A program made the position numbers and the translations under genes. The notes under the pieces were generated by a model. That model was given only the letters and a program-made list of their open reading frames with translations, did not search any database and was not told the DNA's origin. Positions 25,125 through 37,029 of a stretch of DNA of 64,000 nucleotides are shown here, piece by piece. The first letter of the stretch is position 1; each line of letters opens with the position of its first letter. Origin of the DNA: Tubulanus polymorphus (lineage: Eukaryota > Animalia > Nemertea); contig NC_134026.1 of the NCBI RefSeq assembly GCF_964204645.1, positions 17,952,150 through 18,016,149 on the forward strand, given 5' to 3'.

Positions 25125-26780
25125 AATAATTTTGGTTTTGTCGCCCGCGACAATTCATTATTTTGGTTTTATCGCCCGCGACAATTCATTATTTTGGTTT
25201 TATCGCCCGCGACAATTTTTTTTTTGTCGCGGTTTTATCGCCCGCGACAATTCATTATTTTGGTTTTATCGCCCGCAACAATTCATTAGTTTGGTTTTGT
25301 CGCCCGCGCCAATTCAAGATTTTGGTTTTTCTGCCGCGATAATTCATTTTTTGGATTTGTCGCCCGCGACAATTCAATATTTTGGTTTTGTCGCCCGCGC
25401 CAATTCATTGTTTTGGTTTTATCGCCCGCGACAATTCATTAATTTGGTTTTATCGCCCGCGAAAATTCATTAATTTGGTTTTGTCACCCGCGACAAAACA
25501 ATATTTTGGTTTTGTCGCCCACGACAATTCAATGATTTGGTTTTATCGCCCGCGACAATTCATTATTTTGGTTTTATCGCCCGCGACAATTCATTATTTT
25601 GGTTTTGTCGCACACGACAATGGCGACAATTCAAGATTTTGGTTTTATCGCCCGCGACAATTCATTTTTTTGGATTTGTCGCCCACGACAATTCAATATT
25701 TTGGTTTTATCGCCCGCGACAGTTTTTTTTCTTTTTGTCGCGGTTTTATTGCCTGCGACACTTCAATATTTTGGTTTTATCGCCTGCGACAATTCATTAT
25801 TTTGGTTTTATCGCCCGCGACAATTCATTAGTTTGGTTTTGTCGCCCGCGACAATTGAATATTTTGGTTTTGTCGCCCGCGACAATTCATGATTTTGGTT
25901 TTATCACCCGCGACAATTCATTTTTTTGGTTTTATCGCCTGCGACAATTTATTATTTTGGTTTTATCGCCCGTGACAATTCATTAGTTTGGTTTTGTCGC
26001 CCGCGACAATTCATTAGTTTGGTTTTGTCGCCCGCGACGATTGAATATTTTGTTTTCGTCGCCCGCGACAATTCATTATTTTGGTTTTATCGCCCGCGAC
26101 AATTCATTTTTTGGATTTGTCACCCGCGAATATTCAATATTTTGGTTTTATCGCCCGCGACAATTCATTATTTTGGTTTTATCGCCCGCGACAATTTTTT
26201 TTCTTTTTGTCGCTGTTTTATCGCCTGCGACACTTCAATATTTTGGTTTTATCGCCTGCGACAATTCATTATTTTGGTTTTATCGCCCGCGACAATTCAT
26301 TAGTTTGGTTTTGTCGCCAGCGACAATTGAATATTTTGGTTTTGTCGCCCGCGACAATTCATTATTTTGGTTTTATCGCACGCGACAATTCATTAGTTTG
26401 GTTTTGTCGCCCGCGACAATTGAATATTTTGGTTTTGTCGCCCGCGACAATTCATGATTTTGGTTTTATCGCCCGCGACAATTCATTTTTTTGGTTTTAT
26501 CGCCTGCGACAATTCATTATTTTGGTTTTATCGCCCGCGACAATTCATTAGTTTGGTTTTGTCGCCAGCGACAATTGAATATTTTGGTTTTGTCGCCCGC
26601 GACAATTCATTATTTTGGTTTTATCGCACACGACAATTCATTTTTTTGGTTTTGTCGCCCGCGACAATTCAATATTTTGGTTTTATCGCCAGCGACAATT
26701 GATTATTTTGGTTTTATCGCCCACGACAATTGATTATTTTGGTTTTATCGCCCGCGACAATTTTTTTGGTTTTGTCGCCC
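25125..26780. repeat. 31-bp satellite array (about 50 copies)
   Basis: Monomer TTTTGGTTTTATCGCCCGCGACAATTCATTA with variants. Confidence 0.97.
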
Positions 26781-26872
26781 ACATTATTAGCTTTTGAATA
26801 ATTAGGCCAATTAATAATGTAATAAAGACTTATGCTTTCGCCTATTTTGAAGTTGATTAATCTGATATAGTA

Positions 26873-27284
26873 CGGAAGCGATAAAGGGCCTCGAGTTGTC
26901 GCGTTCAAACTGGACAAGTCGCCATATTTATGTCGATATATCGCGATATATCGTGTCAAGTCCACATGAATATGTCTACATATCGTGACGTTTTCACGAC
27001 AAATTTCGCTTATTTGCTCATTTTCCACGGGACAAGCCGTCATTTGAAGACATGTCTAAATGTAAGATGAGGACGCCAGTAATATGACGACTGAGTTTCA
27101 AGTCGTCATGAATATGTCGACTTGTCGCGAGGAAAATGGTTGAGAAAACGAAATATGTCGTCAAAACGTCACGATATATCGACATATTCATGTCGACTTG
27201 ACGCGATATATCGCGGTATGTCGACAATAATATGGCGACTTGTCGAGTTGGAACGCGTCATCTCGAGGCCCCTTATCGCTTCCG
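26873..27284. mobile_element. MITE with long TIRs and TA TSD (Tc1/mariner-type)
   Basis: TA|CGGAAGCGATAA...TTATCGCTTCCG|TA; ~135-bp imperfect arms. Confidence 0.85.
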
Positions 27285-27382
27285 TAGATATAACGGAATA
27301 TTAAGGTCATTTTGGCAGATTCTTTTTTTTTAAAGTGATATTAAAGCGATCATTCAAGTGATCCTACTTAATGAAAGATCTA

Positions 27383-27540
27383 CGGAAGCGATAAAGGGCC
27401 TCGAGTTGTTGCGTTCCAACTCGACAAGTTGCCATATTTATGTCGATATATCGCATCAATTCGACATGAATATGTCGACATATCGTGACGTTTTGACGAC
27501 TTGAAACTCAGTCGTCATATCACTGGCGTCCTCATCTTTC
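27383..27540. mobile_element. Truncated copy of the same MITE
   Basis: Starts TA|CGGAAGCGATAAAGGGCCTCGAG; no right arm. Confidence 0.75.
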
Positions 27541-27910
27541 AGCAACGCCAGTCACATGGAGTCGTACGTGTTCTACTTTCTGCGACGCGACACGACTGTC
27601 ACAACCAACCGACGCGCTCTTGCGACTGGCAGAAACTAGTCGCACACAATCGTATTGCAAGCGACTTGCATCGAAACTTGCGATGCAACGCGAAGATCGC
27701 ATCGTGTCACAAGAACAACCAACGTCTGGCTTTAAGTATCTGCGGAGCACCAGAAATATCTTTTTTTTTCGTTCAAAAGACCTTTCACTTCAAAATTCTT
27801 TCGTCGGAACAAAATTTATTTTGTTCGAACCAATAATATTCTATACAATTGAACCAATTTTAAAAAATCGTTAGAACAAAGTTGAACAAACTTTTTTTTG
27901 TCCAAACGTA

Positions 27911-28322
27911 CATAAGCGATAAGGGACCTCGAGATGTCACGTTCCAACTCGACAAGTCGTCATATTTATGTCGACATATCGCGATATATCGCGTCAAGTC
28001 GACATGTATATGTCGACATATTGTGACGTTTTCACGACAAATTTCGCTTTTTCGCCCATTTTCCACGGCACAAACCTTCATTTGAAGACATGTCTAAATG
28101 TAAGATGAGGACACCAGTAATATGATGACTGAGTTTCAAGTCGTCACGAATATGTCGACTTGTCGCGAGGAAAGTGGTCGAGAGAACGAAATATGTCGTC
28201 AAAGTGTCACGATATATCGACATATTCATGTTGACTTGACGCGATATATCGCGGTATGTCGACATAAATATGGCAACTTGTCGAGTTGGAACGAGACATC
28301 TCGAGGCCCTTTATCGCTTCCG
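27911..28322. mobile_element. Third copy of the same MITE
   Basis: Collinear with 26873-27284; TA on both sides. Confidence 0.85.
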
Positions 28323-29671
28323 TACAAACGAAAGGTTTTTCATTCGAACAATCATTCAATTGAACAGAATCGTTTTAATTTGAACAGAATTTTCTTGTCA
28401 GAACATTAAGTTTTTCGTTCGAACAAGTATATTGAAAAAAGTTTTTTCTCCGAACCGAAAGTATTAAGTATTTCGTTCAATCGAACAGAATTGTTTTCAT
28501 TCAAACATTCGTTCGAAAAAAATTGTTTTCGCTCGACCAAATTTTTTTTCATTTCAACAATAACATAGCTTTTTATTCGAACACATTTTTTGTCAGAATG
28601 AAGAAAATTTTTGGTTCAAGCAAAAAGCGTATTGTTCGATCAAACAGAATTATTTTCATTCGAACAAGATTTTCTTGGTGGAACATTTAGTTTTTTGGTC
28701 GAACAGCATGTTAAGGTCGATTTGGAAATTTACTCGGTCTGGTATATGTTGGATTACTGTGTATGCCATTTGTCAGGACAATAAACAGAAGACAACTTAG
28801 GATACTACCTTGCGTGACTCCACTAGTTTGACCGACTTATTCCAAGATGAGGCGTTCCATTGATTTCAGCTACAAGTTTTCGTTCAGAGATAACTGCTGA
28901 GCCATTTGGGCGACCTATCATTGATACTGTTTCCTAATAGCCTGTTTAGTAATGGCTGATGTTGTGCCTTATCAAATGCTTCGTCAAAATCCACCGTTGA
29001 ACAGGATTCTAAGACTGTGCAGAAAACCCATTATCGCTGCTTTGCAGCTTTATTTTTCTTTAAAAATTTCCCTAAATTTATTTTAATTTACCTGATTTTT
29101 CACTGCTTTTTAAATCAGACTGTCTCTTCCAATTCAACTTTTTTAGCTTTTAGTCTTTCGTTCATCATCAGTTAAGAGCCCTTTGTCCCTTTTAAGATAC
29201 ATAGAATTCACCTCTGATTCTAGAACTGATATTTTCGTTTTTATCTCATCCTGCCTAGGGGTCTTCAGAGTAGTCTTTTTGTCTGTCACATCCAGTGCAT
29301 TGCTCCTATTTTCTTCATCTTCAATCTCCTGACATAACTCATCACTGCTGATAGAAGACGGTGTAGACTTGATATTATTGACATTTTGTAAAGATTGTAA
29401 AACACTAGAAAAACCAATATTGCTTATTGTTGGAAATATGATCTCATATAACGAACATCTGAAAATCTATGAGTGGTGCATTATTTACTGCTAGAGTGTT
29501 ACTTCCTAGGCATACCCAATGTCCTAATCGTCTAAATGAATAATTAGGCCTATATGGGGGTATTTCATTTTGTTACATAATATTTAGGGGGTGTTACAAC
29601 ATTTGTTACAAGGGGGAGGGGTATCTAAATTTCCCCAAAAATGTGTTACGTAATATTTGAACAGCCCCTAA

Positions 29672-31100
29672 GAGATCCATTTTCTAAATTTGCTATACGG
29701 TTATTTCTACGTCTGGTACGCACTGAGTTGCTGGGTATGACCCTTCCAGAAACGTGTACTTTCCCATATTTTCTTGCAACATCCTAAACTCTACATAAAA
29801 CCTAGGGCTCAAAATCTCTGATGTTTTCAGAATAAATAAATCTAAATAGAGCTAGCAATAAGAATATTGCTAGGCTCCCACCTAAACCATATCTTTTGCG
29901 ATTGCTTTAAACTTTTTCCACGACCTAAAGATATTTGAAATTTGAAGGGGAACTGCTTGAGTTCCATGGAACATCAAAAGAATTTCCTGACAATATCCTT
30001 CAAATATATATGTTAAATAGCACAACAAAGGGCCCCTATTAGCAATGGTGTCAGTGATGTGCATCATTGTATATAACAGTTTTAAGTCCGTATCATTCCT
30101 CAAATTGAATTACAAATTTTGAAAAGCACTTTTTAGCAATTTTTAAAGCAACCCCTTCGAGAAGCACCATAACACGCTTCAAATATATTAAGGGAAGGAT
30201 ACTACGCAAAACTGGTATTACATCGAAGCCAGTCATGCCATTCATTCCCTTTCCAGTACTTCCTTTGGTTGACTGATTGAGGAATTCTAGTAACTTCATA
30301 TGGTGGATGGAAATAATGAAGCTGATTATCAATGTGACTGGTTTTAGTTCGTATGTACCATACATCTTGATTGTAACAAGTGTCACACTATGCTTTTACC
30401 AACTGTGTTGGTACCCTAAGATCAACGTAATGCAAATTATCAATGACGAAACCATGGAAAATATTGAAACTGCTTAATGCCAGCAATGGTTTGGACCTTT
30501 TACACCATTGATAGTTGATCCAGTTTGCAAAGCATGACGTGAATCATTAACCATGCCTTTATGCGTTCTACTTGGGTGTAGGTCACTATAAGTACTCTAT
30601 AAGTACTTTCGGGTATAAGTCACTTGAAATACTGTTTTCTCATTCCACAATCTTCCCTGGATCTAGGCACCAAGCACAACCATGTTCACCATTGAAGTAT
30701 CTCCTATTTCGAAGCATACATCGTGCTGGACTATCACGGGATCTAGCCACTATAGAAACTTCAAATTGGAATCATTGTATGCATCAACTAATGTTTCCAG
30801 AAATGTATTCACTACTGTCTAAGGTGTTGCCTTTATAATTGCTTTTAGACAATACCGGCACAGCGCTCATGTACTCCAGCAGTGGTGTATGCTTGAAATT
30901 ATTTGCCTTTATCAGGTGAACCTAGTTTGAACAGATGCATACTCATCAGGGGCCAAGAGAAGCTGCGAAATAATATCCTAAAAGCTCCAATATCAGTCGG
31001 CAGTCATTTCACAGACCATCTCCAAGTGAATGACCCTGGTTAGTGCAACATGTGAACAGGCACACATTGCATTTTAACTGTTGATTCATAGATGTCCAGT
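29672..31100 (-). pseudogene. CMC/EnSpm (CACTA-like) transposase remnant
   Basis: DSPARCMLRN..FNGEHGCAWC, VKGP, GFVIDNLH, YWKGNEW, PVLRSILP, H...NRGPL..FEG..HGTQAVPLQI, with many stops and frameshifts. Confidence 0.8.
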
Positions 31101-32949
31101 AAAATCAAATGCAGTAAGTAGCTGAGAAAAAAGTATCAATCAAATTCAACGATGCTAAATGAAGTGCAGTGGTTCTAAGGTGAACTGAATGAATCACTAC
31201 TACCTTTCCTCAGACTCTTGAGAGAGGCGGCGAATCGGTTATTTCTTTTGTCGAATTGGCATTCATTCAGTTTTTTCTGCGTGTTCCTGACACGATACAT
31301 CAACGAGTTTCCATGTGCAAGTTTCGTTCATGCTCATTCCATTCAATTATATTGAAATTTCTTTAGAAAACTGCGACTGCAGCCAGATCTTTACCAAATT
31401 GCACTGCTGGATGAAGCGACACATATTTGCAGCTCAGCATCGCATAAATCATCCCTTTCATTGGTTTTACATCTGTTATTGACGATAATTGTTGGTAATG
31501 CACTGTACCGGAGATGAAGTAGTGCCTTTTATATGTGAATGTTGCATAACTTCATCTTCCAATGTGTTCCAGGAAAAATATGATAATTTCTCGAATCAAA
31601 TGTTAATTTGAATTTTGATTCCGGTTGTTGAAAAAATTGAGCTGTCTCCAGCTTTTTCAATAAGTTTCTGTTGATCATTGAACTGGTAGTTTCTAACCCT
31701 TTGTGATACTGTAATATTTGTGTATAGTTAGCCTCGTTGGACATTGCATTTATACCAGGTTTCTTCGCCTAAAACAGATCATAGTTGAATGCATTATTTC
31801 GCTTGAAATCATATAACAGTGAGAATAGGGATTGTTAGACGATTGTTGTTATCCCCCTTGAACTTGGACCTTGGGGCCTCTCTTGTATTGGCCCTTGCTG
31901 GGCGAGATTAACACATTTCCCACTTTCAGCCCTGTAAGTAGATTCTTGTCGCTTGGACCTTTTCTCTCGCAACAATGGATCTTCAATGGACTCATGTGTA
32001 GCACTATTCTGAGACTCTTTTAGACTTGTTACCCCAAGCTTGTATCACACATTACAAAAACAGCTTATTGTATCATCCTTGCTGGACATTTGTTGAGCCT
32101 AATTCCTTAAGCCAACATCAGAAAGTGTGAATGGATATGTACATATATCACTAGAACAAGGTACATTTGCAAGAATTTGAATCAAAGTAGCATAAGACTA
32201 CGATCATGTTTGACATCAATCCTAAGCACATTAGAACCATATTTTCTCATGAAACAGGCACCATGGCTTACTAAGCATAATACTGTAGGGAGGAAATATA
32301 CTTCATCCAATTAATGACGACATGGGAGGGCATGGTATCTCTCCATTCCTGATTGACAGTTCTATCTCATTATCATTCTCGATCACTTCGAAATAATATG
32401 AGACTCAAAGCCTGGTGTTACGAAAAAGCCTCGCAGAAAAAATGAAACCAGCGATGAGATATACAATACATTTCATCATCTATTCATAATTCTTGTGCAC
32501 ACACTTTCTTTACAGCTAACATAGATTTATCAGTTAGTATTGCATCAACCGATTTTCTGTTAATCTACCAAAATTGCTAGAATTCCTCCATCCAACTTTA
32601 TGGAGGATGTCAATTACTGGTACCCCATATCTATAATCCATTGCATTAGTAGAAACCGAAAATGGGTTGAGTGTGCCTTGAATATAACAGTACCTTTGAA
32701 ATCAGCTGTTTATCAGTTAATCTCATACTTAGGATCGTAGGATGGTACTGGCATTTTCTAATGCTTTGGGACCTTCAAAATGTGTTTCCTATAGTCTATA
32801 AGTAGTGGAAAGGTTTTGCTTAGGTGTTGTATGGAGCATTGGCCTTCCGACGCCCCATGTGTAACTGATCGTAGAAGGTTGATGTGATGTATTTTTTGTT
32901 CCCCTCACCTCCGGTAAGACTTAATGAAATATAGATATAGATTATGGCG

Positions 32950-33006
32950 AGGTGCATCTTTTATTTTCATCACTACAAGACGTTTCGGCCGGCAAGCCTT
33001 CATCAA
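32950..33006 (-). ncRNA. Penelope-type minimal hammerhead ribozyme relic
   Basis: Minus strand TTGATGA-AGGC-TTGCCG-GCC-GAAACGTC; 5' strand of stem I appears lost. Confidence 0.5.
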
Positions 33007-35948
33007 TTAAGAATTTATGATTATCATCTTGGTAAAAAGTTTTCCAGACATCCATTTAACTGTAAGTGTTAGAAGTTTCAATGCAACCTTTATTTTAAAT
33101 GCAAAGCAGTTAATCTTTCATGTTCGAATTGTGATCCTAAATCTAGGTTAACCATACCGTTTTACATGCTGATAACTTGCATTGCTAGTTGTATTTATAC
33201 AACCTGGGAGAACAATGTGTGGCACAATGATAACGTGAAGTTTCAATAAGTATCAGTCTTTTGCCACATTAAGGCCATGTGATATATTAGTTTATATTCT
33301 CCAATAAGTTCCCTAAAAAGGGAATTGCATTGGGGTGATTTTGAGGAGCAATTTATGTGCCTGATTTCTGCAGTAATGTTTTGGCTCCACAAGTTGATAA
33401 GTTTCATCTAATCTGTGTGTTTTACCCCAATTAGGGTGACCTGCCATGCAGACTTTAAATGTAGAAACATTGTATATGGATTGCATTTTTTCAGGAATGA
33501 TGAATCTTACAGTAAGAACCAATTTTGAAATTATCGAAATACTTGTGACATTCAGAACCACCAGATACTCCACCATCTGCAATCCATTCTCATGTAGATC
33601 GTTCATGATGTTCTGATACAAGGTATGAATGAAAGTTGGAATTGGATTAGAATGCGACAGCTTTGTCTCTTCTTCTTGTAAAATACTATGGAAACATCTT
33701 TAATGAGGCTCATACCCACATCCAATTGTTGCACAGGCAAAAAGAGCAAACTATATTCACAAAAAAATTGAAACTGATGCAGAACAATTATATTCATTTG
33801 GGAGGGGAGTGGGTGGGCCATGAACGGTTGAGATGAATGGTGTTCACAAACTTGGCACTGTGCGTCCCATGATAATTTTGCAGGATCCTGCAAGCTGTTT
33901 TGCTCAGGGTGCACTCATTCCATATAACCAAAATGGGGTACCGGCACACTCACCAATTCTGTGTATCATACATAGATTTTGAAAAATTATCGTAACATTT
34001 TCCCTGCAGTATTCAGTCTTATTACTCTAAACATAAACACACTAACCTGACTTAAGCCGTGTGCGCATCGTTTGAATTCCTCACCATGTCCATCATGCTT
34101 ATCAACGACATGGTTGGCAGTATTGACTTCCTTTTGACTAATACCATTTCTGCATCACCCTCACTGTTCGAAGCCACCGGCGAGAGGTGATTTGAAATGA
34201 CTTTGTACATTCCGCAAGACTCAGTTTTTTTTTCGATTTGCTTTATATTACTCCTAAATAAAATGATACATGTAATTTTCCAGAGCCTGGTACCTTTTAA
34301 AATCGGTCTTGGTGATCTACCCTCATTTATAAGTTGACTGCAGTCTGCTTAGAGAATTTTGTATAATTCTTATTATTTCTGGATAATACCGTTTGATATA
34401 TGCCATGCATCAAAAAGTGGGTTGCATTTGTCATTTTTTGTTGTAAATATTTCTTTACTTGAACGTGTCAATTGTGGGTTACATCTAAAACTCCTAGTTT
34501 ATTTGCATTTTGGGCAGTCCAGATATTTGTTCAAAATCAAAGTCTATCTCTGTCCTAAGGCCTCCTGCTGCACACATCCCATAAATGTGGAGGCATCAAC
34601 GTGGTGAGGGATGAACCCGGAGTTGGGGTAAGGTTCCTTCACCCAACAACTAGAAGATGGCAGGGGCAATGTTTGTTTCTTAACCCTTTTTGGGACATAT
34701 GTGTGGGGGAACTGACATCAAATGGTTGCCAGTCGTCACGAAAAGGTCGAAGGTATGAAGTAGAACCAGTGGGAAGCACATCTTCAAAGGCGTGCTCCCA
34801 CTGGTTGTGGAGCTTCATAGTTGCTGCTCCAACTGTTGCCAAAGGTATGCCTTCATGTCAGGGTTTTGCCCTTACCCAAACACTTTCTGTATTGTACAGT
34901 TTTTTATACAGAAGTGGTATTACTTCCACCCAATAAATTAGGTTGAGGGCTATGTGGTCACACAGTTAGCCTAAATGATCGGTTTGAAACTGTAAATTTC
35001 ACCAATTATGTTTGATGTTTTCTTGAAGTCCAGCACTATAGAGCATGTGTGCAATGTCACTAACTGATCAGAATGAACTATAGGCAAAATAGTGTAACAT
35101 CAATAATGCCAGAGCCCATATTCAAGTTCCTGTGTGCATGGACTCTTATTTGTAGCAAACTTTATCAATATGTAAACTGCTGGCCTCTTATAGGACGCTA
35201 ATTACTGCTAATCAGTGATAAACCCAGTTGTGTTGTGTTGACATAAGCCTATCATATACAAATGGTTCGAATTTCGCACTAGCAAATGATGTAACCTGCC
35301 AGACAGTTTCCTTTCACTTTGCAAATGGTGAAAGTTAGAAGATGAGCAAATCTGGAAGTGTCCCATGACTTAGTGGCTAAAATCACAACACTATAAAATA
35401 CAATGGACTTTGTCTCATTGAAAGGACCTCAAAATAACTTTTAAAAGTGTACAGGTATTAAATATCACAATGTTGCTTCTTCCGACTGTGAAAGTTACAA
35501 AATAAAAGTGGTCTTGGACAAAAAATTACAAATCACAACTAAGTAAAATGCAATGGTTTTTCATTGGAACAGAACTGAAAATGTACTATACACATGCAAT
35601 TACAACAATTTGAGAGTTTAAAACGGCTGTAGTTTCAATTTAAATCTTTAGGTTCTTTGCCTTCATCTAAAGATTTAGGTCCTGCTCATATCTTAAGCTA
35701 TTCATTATTGGAAAAATTTGATCTAACTGTTGGCACATTCGAGCAAAGCTACCTGCTACATCTCCTTGCTTTTCAGTACACTTACAAGTATAACATTGGC
35801 ATCTGCCATAGGAGACTTAGGGATAGAAAAATAATTAAAAGCAGGCACTGTATTAGGTGGCAAAATTTTGATGACTTTTTGAAAAGATTCCATGTTATGA
35901 TGTGAGAGTTGACTCATTACAATCATCATTCAGACTGAGGTCAATGAT

Positions 35949-36030
35949 TAACAGCTGTTAGCCATCATCAGGCGTACTGATGTACAGTAAGCCTGATGAT
36001 AGCTAACAGTTGTTAGCCGAAGCGTCGCTC
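35949..36030 (+). ncRNA. Penelope-type hammerhead relic with inverted partial duplicate
   Basis: AGC-CTGATGA-TAGCTAAC-AGTT-GTTAGCC-GAAGCGTC-GCT; 35949-35979 is an inverted copy forming ~30-bp arms. Confidence 0.55.
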
Positions 36031-37029
36031 CTCAAATATAATCATTCTGATATAGAATTTTTCAATCTTGGCTTCCTTATTGTGGGATTTCTCTCGTTAC
36101 CTTCTCCGATGCAATTCTGCGATATGGGCGTTGGTGGATTGAAGGATGCCCTTGTACATCGATAAATGTCTAAATGTCGGAATTCGGAAAGTAAGTGTCC
36201 AATCTATGCTATTCCTTATTTAGGGTTTTCTGTTTCTTCACAGAAAACCCTATTGAAATTCGCGTGATTATTATTATTTTTTTTTTCCCTTTTCCACATA
36301 GTTTTTGTTAAAAGTGTAAAGGCTTCCTTACTGCTGTCGCCGATACAATCCGTATGATGTCCCTCAGCTCACTTCAATCTCCAGATACTGCATGGGAATT
36401 TTGATAAATCCACGTTATAAAGGCACTGTCGAGCCGTAAACATCGGAAATTTGGCTCCATTCAATTAGTAGCCATGTTGTGTTTTCTTACCGATATTTCT
36501 CTCTTCTTTTCGAGGAAGAGCTATCGAATTATTCCCTCTCTTCTCCACAATCAATTTCAAAGTCAATTTTATGAATTTATTGCTCAGCGGGTCCGAGTCC
36601 AAGAGTTTACGAGTCCGGCGTTCGCGTGTCTGACAGGTTTACGGGCATTTGTTTGTTACCTCTTTAATATTTTTGATTTCTTGTTATTCCGGTTATTTTA
36701 TTTAAGTATATTGCTGATCAGTTCATGTTACCAAAAGCGTCAATAAACAGACTTTGAATTGATCAAGTTTAAATCAAGGTCGTTGAGTCGCGGAAGGCTA
36801 CTAGAATTACGTTCGTCTTCGTCTCAGAGAGAAAACAAACGACAGAAAAGTATCAGGTGATTATCGATAGCCTACAACGGTACACACAGTTGACAAACAG
36901 TGTTAGGCCTGTGCCGGTTGGTGCGTTCTGGGACTAAATATACTGGTTGGTCAGTTGGTTCGGTTGTGAAGTGTGGAAGCTAAGATTATAAGAAAGCCTA
37001 CCGGTATTTATTTGTCTATAGGCCTATTA

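Larger units (their letters stand above)
23649..29055 (+). mobile_element. Helentron-type non-autonomous element (family A) with cargo
   Basis: 5' TTTAGGGTTTTCTG..CAGAAAACCCTA hairpin (present three times) plus (ATT)n; 3' subTIR CAGAAAACCC (29020-29029) and GCTGC-TTT-GCAGC hairpin; inserted in a T-run of the Zator ORF. Confidence 0.82.
22362..29668 (-). mobile_element. Zator DNA transposon, internally deleted, interrupted by a HINE
   Basis: ~27-bp TIRs GGGGCTGTTCAAA(T)ATTAYGTAAC; TSD TAA (22359-22361 and 29669-29671); transposase remnant inside. Confidence 0.85.

Noticed and set aside
25132-26797. Many overlapping ORFs (VLSPATIHYFGFIARDNS...) and a superficially CRISPR-like array
   Set aside because: Products of a stop-poor 31-bp satellite read through rotating frames; no unique spacers and no cas genes
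26714-28409. Repeated short ORFs on both strands
   Set aside because: Translations of the palindromic MITE copies
31200-32450. Possible MULE-like (RKYGSNVLRIDVKH) and BEN-like fragments on the minus strand
   Set aside because: Only one or two short motifs amid many stops; cannot be supported without a profile search
33300-34940. Coding-like decayed sequence (also 40560-41150)
   Set aside because: No family-diagnostic motif recognised
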